IMG/VR virus record: IMGVR_UViG_3300031746_000004
Coordinates: 1 to 64,000 of that record
Reading direction: 5' to 3' (one strand)
Length of the DNA: 64,000 nucleotides
DNA from: a virus
Lineage: Duplodnaviria > Caudoviricetes
Below the pieces are notes generated by a model, which worked only from the letters and a program-made list of their open reading frames with translations, did not search any database and was not told the DNA's origin. Positions 1 through 9,259 of the stretch are shown piece by piece. The position numbers and the translations under genes were made by a program. Numbering within the stretch: the first letter of the stretch is position 1; each line of letters opens with the position of its first letter.

Positions 1-1
1 C

Positions 2-319
2 CAGCTCAGCGCATGCCTTACGCCGCTCAGCGCATGCCTTATCCCACTCAGCGTCTGCCTTACACCACTCAGCGTATGCCTTATCCCGCTCAGTGCATGT
101 CTTATCCCGCTCAGCCCATGTCCTACGCCAAGCAATCGGTAACTCTTCTATTGCTTCTTTTGGTAAGAGCTTAAACAATCGCAATCTTATTTCTTGTTCA
201 TTCTGGGGTTTATCTCTTTTTATCGCTTCTACTCTCTCGTCATAATTATAACAATGCTCAATCAAAATATTATGATGACAATGAATAGAAAGACCTGATT
301 TAATTATACTCTCTTGCAT
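2..319 (-). CDS. Hypothetical protein with C-terminal 7-aa repeats (KAxAE[W/R]x); partial, runs off the window edge; not in the ORF track
   Basis: ATG at 319 with GAGGTG RBS; open frame MQESIIKSGLSIHCHHNILIEHC...WAERDKTCTERDKAYAEWCKADAEWDKACAERRKACAEL to position 2. Confidence 0.85.
   Translation of the reverse strand, partial: MQESIIKSGLSIHCHHNILIEHCYNYDERVEAIKRDKPQNEQEIRLRLFKLLPKEAIEELPIAWRRTWAERDKTCTERDKAYAEWCKADAEWDKACAERRKACAEL
5..130. repeat. Six tandem imperfect 21-bp repeats (CTCAGCGCATGCCTTANNCCN)
   Basis: Directly visible; GC-rich relative to the genome; encodes the heptads of the CDS above. Confidence 0.95.
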
Positions 320-609
320 TTCTTCACCTCTTTAAGTTTATTTCTTATTGCTTTAATTTCTTTATGCCAATAGCATTTATCAATCTTAATATTTTTTTCT
401 TGTAATTTAATAATATTCAATCCATCTCCCCAATATTTAAAATGATTAAGCCTGTATAATTCCTCTTTGGCATAACGTAATCTTGCTTTGAATATTTTTG
501 TTTTATCTTTATCAATCCTACCACAACAATTACATCCTACGCATATTTCTCCATAAGACCAGCCAGTCGCATAACAGTTTTTCATAATTCCATAATCTAT
601 ATTATTCAT
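304..609 (-). CDS. Hypothetical Cys-rich phage protein
   Basis: ORF track 304..672; likely start MNNID at 609 behind AAGGAGAG; CVGCNCC motif. Confidence 0.7.
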   Translation of the reverse strand: MNNIDYGIMKNCYATGWSYGEICVGCNCCGRIDKDKTKIFKARLRYAKEELYRLNHFKYWGDGLNIIKLQEKNIKIDKCYWHKEIKAIRNKLKEVKKCKRV

Positions 610-625
610 ACTCTCCTTCAGTCCT

Positions 626-1009
626 TTAGTTTTCCTTTCGCAAATAGAGCCATATTTCTCCCAATGCATCACAAAGATTATTACTATAGCTAAATGTTTG
701 TAATGCCATTTTATCTACATTATGTCCTACCTGATACCTTACACTATCATTTTCAGGATATTGTTTTATGCTAACTTCTCTTGGTAACTCCTCTAAAATC
801 TCTGTGGCGAGAGGGGCAGGGTATAGAACCTTGAAATCTACATAGTTTTTAGATAATTCTTTTCTGGAAAATATATCTATGTAGGCAGTCCAAGATTTTG
901 TATTCTCGTGATAATTGCTCCCTTCACAATACCAAAATTCCGTTTCCTTTTTCCACCCTGATTCCTTCAACTGCTTAGCTATCTCTAAACTTACACAATG
1001 CTTATCCAT
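626..1009 (-). CDS. Hypothetical phage protein
   Basis: ORF in operon; VSLEIAKQLKE..W and YPAP..EILEELP motifs common in small phage proteins. Confidence 0.7.
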   Translation of the reverse strand: MDKHCVSLEIAKQLKESGWKKETEFWYCEGSNYHENTKSWTAYIDIFSRKELSKNYVDFKVLYPAPLATEILEELPREVSIKQYPENDSVRYQVGHNVDKMALQTFSYSNNLCDALGEIWLYLRKEN

Positions 1010-1160
1010 TTAGTTTTCCTTTCGTGGGGTTGGAGTTTCTTTTATAATTTTAATCCATTTATCACAAACATTGCACCACATAAAACCTTCAACAGTAAGC
1101 ACCCCAACAAATTGATGTTTACACTTCTCCATTCACCCTCCTTTTCATATCTTGAATCGC

Positions 1161-1877
1161 TTAAAGTAAATTCTCACTTGTTTGATTTATCCTTATTTCT
1201 GCGATTTTAAAGTATTCTGGTGATATTTCTATGCCGATGAAGTTTCTGCCGAGTTCTTTACAAGCTACTCCAGTTGTTCCTGAACCCATAAAGGGGTCTA
1301 AAACTAAATAGTTTATTTCTGTAACAGCATTTAGTACCTTTGTTACTAATTCAATAGGATATGGAGCAGGATGTTCTTTCATTGGTTTTGGAGATATTTC
1401 CCATACCTCCGAATAACTAAAACACTTGGGATTAAAATGTGGTGTCTTTCGCTCTTTAGTAATCCAAAACAGATATTCTGTGCAAGGCAAAAATCTTATT
1501 GGTTCTAACATTGGACTATTCTTTCTGTTCCAAACTATCATTTGCCTAACATTAAATTCTTCTAACCATCTATGCGGAAATATAACTTTATGTTCCCTTA
1601 TCTGTTGCTTGTGATTATAAAACATACTTCCACTTGTTTTCAAAACTCGCATACATTCTCTAATAACCTGTTTCTGCCATTCCTCATATTTGTCTTGAGG
1701 CATATTGTCATCATACACATCATATTTTATTCTGCCTTTAGACCAAGTTACCTGTTTAGTATTATTCTGCTGTTTGGAGCATTTATTATACGGGGGAGAA
1801 GTAATCACCAAGTCCACGCTATTATCTGGTATCGTCTTCATCACTTCCAAGCAATCACCCAACCTTAAATCTATCAT
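1161..1877 (-). CDS. DNA methyltransferase, N4C/N6A beta class
   Basis: TSPPY catalytic motif, HPAPYP, VLDPFMGSGTT SAM-binding motif. Confidence 0.93.
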   Translation of the reverse strand: MIDLRLGDCLEVMKTIPDNSVDLVITSPPYNKCSKQQNNTKQVTWSKGRIKYDVYDDNMPQDKYEEWQKQVIRECMRVLKTSGSMFYNHKQQIREHKVIFPHRWLEEFNVRQMIVWNRKNSPMLEPIRFLPCTEYLFWITKERKTPHFNPKCFSYSEVWEISPKPMKEHPAPYPIELVTKVLNAVTEINYLVLDPFMGSGTTGVACKELGRNFIGIEISPEYFKIAEIRINQTSENLL

Positions 1878-2083
1878 CCCACCCTCCTTTTATACTCTTG
1901 AATCGCTGAGTTATCCCTTTAGTTTTCCTGTTATCTCAATTATTTCATTACAATAAATACATTCTATCTCGTGATACTCAGTAATAGGTTGAATATTAAA
2001 CGATATGGGAACTTTACAATATGGACATTTCATACTAATAACTATTTTATAAGTTACATATTCTTGCATATTAGTCCTTTGGG

Positions 2084-2839
2084 TTAAAATAAACTCTTCA
2101 TTGTGTTATTTATTCTTCTCTCGGCGATTTTAAAGTAAGTTTCGTCTTTTTCTATCAAGATACAATTGCGGTTAAGGTTTTTACAAGCCACTCCAGTCGT
2201 TCCACTACCAGCACAGTTGTCTAAAACTAAATCTCCTTCGTTGGTGTATGTCTTGATTAGATATTCAAATAGGGCTACTGGTTTTTGGGTGGGGTGGAGA
2301 CGATTTACATTATTACATTCTGCTGATATTGAACTTATATTTATAAGTGTTTTAGGGTTTCTTTTTGTATTATCTCTACTATCAGAGTGTTTCCAATTAT
2401 GGACACCGATTATACCGTCCCTGTTTTTATATTCTTTTCCAGTTGGTCTTATGTTTTTAATTTTTGCCTCTGTTATTTGTTTATTAAAAACTGTTTTGCT
2501 TTTTGAAAAAACAAGTATGTTTTCGTGAACTTTCATTGGCTGATATCCACTACACATTATATTTCCCGCCTTATCTTTATTCCACACCCACTCATACTTA
2601 AACATCTTGATATTACTCATCACCAAAGCACTGGTAAAAGGTTGGGAGGCAGTCAAAACTATCGCCCCGTTGTCTTTGATTATTCTTTTATACTGTTCCC
2701 AAAGTGGCTCAAAAGGGATAATCGTATCCCACTTACAGGCGGTTGTTCCATAAGGTAAATCACAGAGTATCATATCTATACTCTTATCAGGTATCGTCTT
2801 CATCACTTCCAAACAATCACCTAATCTTAAATCAATCAT
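2084..2839 (-). CDS. DNA methyltransferase, N6A/N4C beta class
   Basis: CDLPY, HPTQKP, VLDNCAGSGTT motifs. Confidence 0.93.
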   Translation of the reverse strand: MIDLRLGDCLEVMKTIPDKSIDMILCDLPYGTTACKWDTIIPFEPLWEQYKRIIKDNGAIVLTASQPFTSALVMSNIKMFKYEWVWNKDKAGNIMCSGYQPMKVHENILVFSKSKTVFNKQITEAKIKNIRPTGKEYKNRDGIIGVHNWKHSDSRDNTKRNPKTLINISSISAECNNVNRLHPTQKPVALFEYLIKTYTNEGDLVLDNCAGSGTTGVACKNLNRNCILIEKDETYFKIAERRINNTMKSLF

Positions 2840-2861
2840 CCCTCTCCTTTAGTCCTTTGGC

Positions 2862-3350
2862 TCAATCCCATAAAGAAAAATAGTATTTTTTCATAAAATC
2901 AAATGCTCTCTCTAATTCATACATATAGCTTTCAGATAATTTTTTATTTTTTAAAACTTTCATTTCAAATAATTCTGATACTAAAGAAAATCCTCTAATA
3001 ATTATGTTTAATATAGTATGCCATTCTCCCATAGCTAATTTATCTTTTTGTTTTTGTGTTAATTTATTATTGATTCTGTATTTTTCATAAATATCACTAG
3101 GACAACCATGATGTACTTTTTTTAAATGTTTAATTCCTTCTGTAATGACTTTAGCTAAATAAATATCAAAATCCCAAGTATCTTCGTTTGACCAACCTCT
3201 AAATCCTCGTTGTATAAATGATTTTATTTTTAAGGGTCTATCATATAACCAATTATACCAAATATAAAATCCATAGTATCTAATGTCATCTAACCACGTT
3301 CTTTTTGAAATATTTTTAATAAATTTAGGTGTAACTAATTCAGTTTTCAT
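2862..3350 (-). CDS. Hypothetical conserved phage protein
   Basis: QRGFRGW..DTWDFD motif; ends YFSLWD. Confidence 0.7.
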   Translation of the reverse strand: MKTELVTPKFIKNISKRTWLDDIRYYGFYIWYNWLYDRPLKIKSFIQRGFRGWSNEDTWDFDIYLAKVITEGIKHLKKVHHGCPSDIYEKYRINNKLTQKQKDKLAMGEWHTILNIIIRGFSLVSELFEMKVLKNKKLSESYMYELERAFDFMKKYYFSLWD

Positions 3351-3528
3351 TTTTTATTATCCTTTTTATAATTTCTTCATGTAATAATTCAGATGCTTGT
3401 CCTCTAATTTCATTATCTATTACTTTTTCTAAATTTTTACATAGATAATAAGTCGTTATTTTTGTTATTAAATGAAGACATAGAAAATAAATACAAATTC
3501 CTAATATAATTTTAATGATTATTTTCAT
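3340..3528 (-). CDS. Small membrane protein
   Basis: N-terminal hydrophobic helix; tightly packed in operon. Confidence 0.55.
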   Translation of the reverse strand: MKIIIKIILGICIYFLCLHLITKITTYYLCKNLEKVIDNEIRGQASELLHEEIIKRIIKNEN

Positions 3529-3720
3529 TTATAATCCTATTTGTAAACGTTCAGTTAATTCGATGTATTCCTTTTTTCCTAAAGGAGAACAATAATTACA
3601 TTCGAACCAATCACATCCAAAATATCCTACAAAATGTGCAAAGAATTCACATGACTCACATTTTAATTCTTCTCTAGTAAATTCACATCTATCTTTGGGA
3701 CAATATTTAATGTGTAACAT
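3529..3720 (-). CDS. Small Cys-rich hypothetical protein
   Basis: ORF abutting neighbours. Confidence 0.55.
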   Translation of the reverse strand: MLHIKYCPKDRCEFTREELKCESCEFFAHFVGYFGCDWFECNYCSPLGKKEYIELTERLQIGL

Positions 3721-4046
3721 TATTCTTTCTCCTTTAAAATTTCATATAAATAACCCATTACATTAAACATTAAAGCACAAAGAGCATCTTCTATCCCTTC
3801 TCTACTTTTATAACCTCTATGTTCCATCCACCAATCGTGAAAATGTCTCCAAGCTGATTTGATATAAGCATTTTTTGGAATTCCCTTCATCCAATTATCC
3901 GAATCTCTTAATTTTCCATCTGCTTGTTTACGATGTTTATTCATATATTCGCCATATCGTCTAATTACCAAAGGACTTAAAAATCCTTCGTAATCGTATT
4001 TTCCTTCGTCGTTATCTCTTGTAGCTCCAGTATCAAATTGTCTCAT
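3720..4046 (-). CDS. dATP/dGTP diphosphohydrolase-like protein (DUF5664-type)
   Basis: MRQFDTGATRD..GK, NWMKGIP, SAWRH, CALMFN motifs. Confidence 0.75.
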   Translation of the reverse strand: MRQFDTGATRDNDEGKYDYEGFLSPLVIRRYGEYMNKHRKQADGKLRDSDNWMKGIPKNAYIKSAWRHFHDWWMEHRGYKSREGIEDALCALMFNVMGYLYEILKEKE

Positions 4047-4216
4047 ATTTACTTCTCCATTATTTCCCGAAAGGTTGAAGATAAATAAAAATATAAAGTA
4101 TAACCAAAGCTAAATTCATTCCAAAACCCAGATTCCAATCTTTTTGAATAATACCAATTATAGTTAATCCCCCGAAAGAAGTAATAGCAATAATCTGTAA
4201 AATAAATTTAATATAG

Positions 4217-4852
4217 TTAATCATTCTTTTTCTCTTCTTCTTTTGTTTCTATTTTAGGTTCTTTTCTCTTTAATTTGTATTTTTTATCTATAAATTCTAG
4301 ATAATCGTTTAAATTATTAAATACTTCTCCACCACTAACCAAAACACCTTGTAATAAACTTTTAGGTAATTCTTTTTTCAATAAGTCGGTAATTAAATAA
4401 ATAGGAATATTATGTTCTAACGCTATTCCGCATTCAAAAAAACTGCCACAAGGTTTATCTCCTTTACTATAAGTAAAAGTTAACCAATTAGACATAGTTA
4501 CATAATCAATATCTCCTGGAATATGTACTAATTCTTCTTTTCCATCTATATATTGTTTACCTTTCCAAATCTCTTTGGCTTTTTCTTTGAATAATTCCCA
4601 ATTACCAGAAGCTACCCAGCCAGACATTTTTTCTTTTATTTCTCCTGTTCTTAAACCTGTTTTTGATGTTTCTAATTTTACAGGATTAATCGGATATACA
4701 TTTCTCAATAATAACTCTTTTTCTACAATTTCTCGTTTTTCTGTGCCGTCGTCTTTTTCGACACAAATTTCCATAGAACCAATAAGATATGTAATATATC
4801 TATACTGTTCTTCTATTTGTTCTGGAAGTGGATAACCTCTATTTTCTTCCAT
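4217..4852 (-). CDS. Nucleoside 2-deoxyribosyltransferase / (d)NMP glycosidase-fold protein
   Basis: YLIGSME start, DIDYV, GSFFECGIA..NIPIY. Confidence 0.7.
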   Translation of the reverse strand: MEENRGYPLPEQIEEQYRYITYLIGSMEICVEKDDGTEKREIVEKELLLRNVYPINPVKLETSKTGLRTGEIKEKMSGWVASGNWELFKEKAKEIWKGKQYIDGKEELVHIPGDIDYVTMSNWLTFTYSKGDKPCGSFFECGIALEHNIPIYLITDLLKKELPKSLLQGVLVSGGEVFNNLNDYLEFIDKKYKLKRKEPKIETKEEEKKND

Positions 4853-5751
4853 TAATACTTTACTCCTTCAAGAAACGCTTTAATTCTAGGTAAACTAATA
4901 GATAAAGCTAGACTAGATTCGGGTACAAAATCTAAACCTACTTTATAACCATCTACATTAGAAGGTATTCCTATTAATTCTCCTTTAATATTAAATAAAC
5001 CTCCACCTGAATTTCCAAATGTACTAGTATTGTCCGACATATAAAAATCTTCGTCTTTATTACTTAAAATTCCTTTCGAAATTGTTCTTTCATATCCTAA
5101 CGGATTGCCTATAGAATAAACAGTATCTCCTTTTATTGGTTCGTTTTCTGCTACAGGTAATTCTTCTAAATTATCATCTAATACTTTAATTTGAAGTAAT
5201 GCTAAATCATTATCAGTATCATATTTTTTTATTTCTGCTTCATATACTATTATACCTCTTACTATATTATTTTCGTCTGATTTACTATACATTACTTTTG
5301 CTTTTTCATTTATACCTTGTTCATTTATCCAAATAACATCGTCTATAACGTGAGCACAAGTTAATAGGTACATGGAATCTTTTGTCTTTTTAATTATAGT
5401 ACCAGACCCCATTCCTTCTAATCCTGACACAACAACACTTCCTTTTAGAAGTTTTTCTGTATCTGGAATAATAGGTATAATATCTTTAATTTTAGATATA
5501 TTATCATTAGTATTTTTTTCTAATTCTTGAACAGTAGCTAATATTTCTATCATATTATCAAAAGTTTCATTATTCATACTTACTAATTGACTAATTTTTC
5601 TATTTATTCTTTTTTCCGACAAAGCGATTTTCATATGTAAATTAAAAATATTTAAAATAACAAATACTATCAAAAAAACCTTAAACGTTACTAATAATAC
5701 TTTTAACGCTACTTTCAAGATTTTTTTAATCATTTTACTTTTCCTCCCCAT
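4852..5751 (-). CDS. Membrane-anchored trypsin-like serine protease
   Basis: N-terminal TM helix; LTCAHV (His), DLALL (Asp), GNSGG (Ser). Confidence 0.9.
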   Translation of the reverse strand: MGRKSKMIKKILKVALKVLLVTFKVFLIVFVILNIFNLHMKIALSEKRINRKISQLVSMNNETFDNMIEILATVQELEKNTNDNISKIKDIIPIIPDTEKLLKGSVVVSGLEGMGSGTIIKKTKDSMYLLTCAHVIDDVIWINEQGINEKAKVMYSKSDENNIVRGIIVYEAEIKKYDTDNDLALLQIKVLDDNLEELPVAENEPIKGDTVYSIGNPLGYERTISKGILSNKDEDFYMSDNTSTFGNSGGGLFNIKGELIGIPSNVDGYKVGLDFVPESSLALSISLPRIKAFLEGVKY

Positions 5752-5974
5752 AAATAAATCTATCCTCTTTTGGTTTTTGTTTTTTTATTTCTGCTATAAT
5801 AAATTGAAGTAAACATTCGTATTTATCAAAATGATAAGTTGTAAAATTTATTATTAATGCAATCGGAGTATCTTGTCCTACAATATAAACATCGCAACTT
5901 TTACCGCAAGTATCACATATTTTTTCTTTATAGTGTAGATTATTACATTCTTTACATTTAATTAACTTATACAT
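5735..5974 (-). CDS. Small zinc-finger protein
   Basis: CxxC pairs; similar to the next ORF. Confidence 0.65.
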   Translation of the reverse strand: MYKLIKCKECNNLHYKEKICDTCGKSCDVYIVGQDTPIALIINFTTYHFDKYECLLQFIIAEIKKQKPKEDRFIYGEEK

Positions 5975-6203
5975 TTTTATTATTCTCCTTTTTAATTTCG
6001 TTTCGAATGAACTCTAGCAAACATTCCTTATTACAAAAATGACATTCCATTCCATCTAAACCACTTCCGTAACCAAAACTAACTGTTATAGATATATAAT
6101 TTCCTTTTTCTGTAGATTTTTCACAATTGTCACATATATATCCTTTGAGAATATTTCTATGGCATTCCGAACAGCCTTCAATATTTTCCATTTTTTTCTC
6201 CAT
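5967..6203 (-). CDS. Small zinc-finger protein (TRASH-like)
   Basis: CxxC...HFCNKECL. Confidence 0.65.
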   Translation of the reverse strand: MEKKMENIEGCSECHRNILKGYICDNCEKSTEKGNYISITVSFGYGSGLDGMECHFCNKECLLEFIRNEIKKENNKNV

Positions 6204-6326
6204 TTAAAAATAATTTATATAAAAAATTATCTATCTTTATCTTTATTTTTTCTAATAAAGTTTTTCTGAAAATTCTATTATAATTATCAGAATATCGTTT
6301 ATTATATCCTACAAATGGTTTATCCA

Positions 6327-6638
6327 TTATTTCTTTCTTTTATGTGTTTTTCTACGTCTAAATTTTAATCCTTTAGATGAAGCTAATTTTTCTAAATATT
6401 TATCAAAAATTAATCCTAAAACGTCTCCCGAAGAATAAGATAATGCGTATAAAATTAATAAATTTATATTTTTAATATTTTCTACTATTTGAGAAACTAT
6501 ATATGCCCATAAAAATATATTAATAAAAGCAGTTATAAAAGATAATAATTTATTACTTTTTTGTCTAAATTTAGAATTTATAGTCGTTCCAAATGCTTCC
6601 AATAAACCTATTATAATAACTATTATATATTTAATCAT
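6327..6638 (-). CDS. Small multi-pass membrane protein
   Basis: Three hydrophobic segments, basic C-terminus. Confidence 0.65.
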   Translation of the reverse strand: MIKYIIVIIIGLLEAFGTTINSKFRQKSNKLLSFITAFINIFLWAYIVSQIVENIKNINLLILYALSYSSGDVLGLIFDKYLEKLASSKGLKFRRRKTHKRKK

Positions 6639-6728
6639 TCTCTTTTAATTATAAATAAATTTTATCCGTTTTTTATTAACAAATATAAACCTACTAATAA
6701 CATAATTAAAAAAATAATATTTATCATC

Positions 6729-7010
6729 TTATTTCTCCTTTTGTAATTTTAAAGATAATTTAATTAAATCATGGTCTATATTTTCTATTTCTAAAGCGTC
6801 TTTATGAATAAGATTTTTTAATCCTCGAATATCATGTCTTTCAGAAATTGCTCCTAAATCTCCCGATATAATTTTTAAATCTCTTATTATTTCTCCTAAT
6901 CTTTTAGCATCATTTAACATTTCTATATAATGAAAATTAGGAGAAGAATAATCTATGCCCAATTTCTGACAAACTTCTGCAATAGTTAAACTTATCCTTT
7001 TGCCTTCCAT
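6729..7010 (-). CDS. Hypothetical protein
   Basis: ORF track 6729..7028; likely start MEGKR behind GGAGG. Confidence 0.6.
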   Translation of the reverse strand: MEGKRISLTIAEVCQKLGIDYSSPNFHYIEMLNDAKRLGEIIRDLKIISGDLGAISERHDIRGLKNLIHKDALEIENIDHDLIKLSLKLQKEK

Positions 7011-7411
7011 TATAATTCCTCCACCCAATTACTTTGATGTAATAAAAATCTTCTTCCACATACACATTTATTATCTCCATCTTTATATATATCAATCGTT
7101 AATTCTTCTTTACAATAAGGACAAATAATACCTGCCATTTCCTCATCAATCCAAAGAAAATTTACTCTTATTTTATTAGATTTAATCATTTTTTATCTTT
7201 TTGATAATTTATACAATGTTCTTCTTCACATATAAATTCATCATTATCTGGATGATTACATAAAAAATTTTGTTCACAATCACATAGAGTTCTAAATTCG
7301 CATTTCTGAGAAAATTCTTCCCATACGTTCATAATTACCATCTCCTCACAATAAAAATTACTCCCACTATTACTAATAAAAAAATCCAAATATCAATAAT
7401 TCCAACAATTA

Positions 7412-7675
7412 TCATTCGACATCTCCGTTAGTTTCTCTTGCTTCATCTTCTCTTTTATCTAAATAACGCCTTCTAAATTCATCTGCACAATGTTGAATTG
7501 CATAAACACAATCATGAAGGGTGGAATATCTATTTTCTCTGGTTGACATAAATTTCTTCATAAGAGTAAATACTAAATATTCCAAATCTCCTTTAGTTTC
7601 TATTCCAGTAGAAGATTTAATTGCTTTCATTATTATATAATATTTATCTCTTTGAGTTTGATTAATATAAGGCAT
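7412..7675 (-). CDS. Hypothetical phage protein (MPYI-start, DUF6899-like)
   Basis: MPYI start, GDLEY, EFRRR...NGDV end. Confidence 0.65.
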   Translation of the reverse strand: MPYINQTQRDKYYIIMKAIKSSTGIETKGDLEYLVFTLMKKFMSTRENRYSTLHDCVYAIQHCADEFRRRYLDKREDEARETNGDVE

Positions 7676-8041
7676 TTTATCTCCTATCTATTAATTCCTT
7701 TATCAATTCAATACCTAATGAAAATATTACAAACATTCCTACTAACCAAAAAAAACATAACATTATTATAACTATAACTTTTATCATTTTAATTTTTTAG
7801 ATAATATATATAATAAACTTCCAATAATCGTTGCTATTAAAATCGCTAAAATTTTCATTTTATTCTTCCCTTGCAGATAAAATTAAACCACATTTCGAAC
7901 AAACTCGATTTAAACCTATTCCCTCGAAAGTATGATTTTTAATAATAATCTTAGGATTTTGGCATTTATTTACATCTATTGCTCCCTTTTCTTCTAAAAT
8001 AATTATTTCGGTATGACATTTTTTATCCATTTTCTTTTCTC

Positions 8042-8428
8042 CTATTTTATTTGATTTATTTCTTTTAAAAGGTCATCAAATACTTCTTTTCTTAAATTAC
8101 CATTGCTGTAAAAATCACGCCAAAATTGTCTGCGTCTTTGGCGATTAATTCCTGATTTTTCCATTTTTTCGTCAACGTATTTAAGTATTTTTATACAACG
8201 TTGAAGGTCTACTTTTATTTGTTGATATTTATTATATTCTTTTTTCTTTTTCTGATATTCTATATCGAAAACTAAAAATAAACTATTATATAATCTTATC
8301 AGTTCTCTTAAATAGGCTTTTCCTGTATCTCTAAATAGATAAATAATTTCTTTTAAAGATTTTTTAGTTTTTATCTGAGTAATTAAATATTTAATTAATC
8401 CTAAATGTAACTTAATTAATTGATTCAT
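8042..8428 (-). CDS. Hypothetical basic protein
   Basis: ORF with GGAG RBS. Confidence 0.6.
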   Translation of the reverse strand: MNQLIKLHLGLIKYLITQIKTKKSLKEIIYLFRDTGKAYLRELIRLYNSLFLVFDIEYQKKKKEYNKYQQIKVDLQRCIKILKYVDEKMEKSGINRQRRRQFWRDFYSNGNLRKEVFDDLLKEINQIK

Positions 8429-8652
8429 TTAAAGTATTCTCCTTCCATTTAAATAAAATCCTAATGAATTAGTTGTAAAACAAAAATGGTAATACTTATC
8501 AAAAATTCTAAACCATTTACTTATTGTCATTTTCTCTCCTTTAAATATTTCTCTATATATTCTGCTAAACTTTCTACATCTTCTTCTATTAAAGAAGAAA
8601 TATTTCTTTTATCCCAATTTATAATAGCTTTTTTAATTTGTTTCTTCATTCC

Positions 8653-8698
8653 CTACTCCTTATAATTAAAGTATATACTATATTCCGCACCAAACCTA
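8653..8698 (-). promoter_or_regulatory. Promoter plus RBS block, copy of repeated motif (TAGGTT-N17-TATACT...TTAATTATAAGGAG)
   Basis: Near-identical blocks at 28255-28302 and 30616-30663. Confidence 0.75.
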
Positions 8699-8737
8699 AT
8701 CGTATTTTACCTATAATTAAAAAATTTCTATTTCTCA

Positions 8738-9259
8738 TTAAAATAAACTTTTTTGTTTTATTTCTTGTTTAGTTCCTGTATTTATTTCTTCAATATCAAA
8801 TCCTAATCGTTTAGCGTAATTTTTCATATTTAAAGATTTAGTTATTGTAGTTTTTACAAAAGTTTCGCTTGAATTAGACCCTGTAGTTTCTCTTCTTTTA
8901 CAACTATCTTCTAAAGTACAATAAAAATAATATAATTTTGTAGATACTTTTAATTTAGCAATAGCATCGAATACTTTAGTTTGATTTATTCTATCGCCTT
9001 CCATAATTATAGTATCGTAATTATTAATATTTTGGTTTATAAATTCTATAATTTGAGATTGAATTGTCATACTTAATACGTCCGTTCCACAACAACGTTT
9101 ATCAGAAGTGTAATCTCCTATCAAACAAATTTTATCTTGAGAAATAGTATGTTTAAACGGTTTCTCAATTAATTTTATAGGTTCTTTACAATAATTTTGT
9201 TTTACAAAAGTTGTTTTTCCTGAAGCACTTTGACCTATTATAATAATTATTTTATACAT
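8738..9259 (-). CDS. P-loop kinase, 5-hydroxymethyluracil-DNA kinase-like
   Basis: IGQSASGKTT Walker A; IGDY...GTDVLS; MEGDR; adjacent to amino acid:DNA transferase. Confidence 0.8.
   Translation of the reverse strand: MYKIIIIIGQSASGKTTFVKQNYCKEPIKLIEKPFKHTISQDKICLIGDYTSDKRCCGTDVLSMTIQSQIIEFINQNINNYDTIIMEGDRINQTKVFDAIAKLKVSTKLYYFYCTLEDSCKRRETTGSNSSETFVKTTITKSLNMKNYAKRLGFDIEEINTGTKQEIKQKSLF

Noticed and set aside
5-130. Repeat array as CRISPR
   Set aside because: 21-bp period with no unique spacers; in-frame coding heptads; no cas genes.
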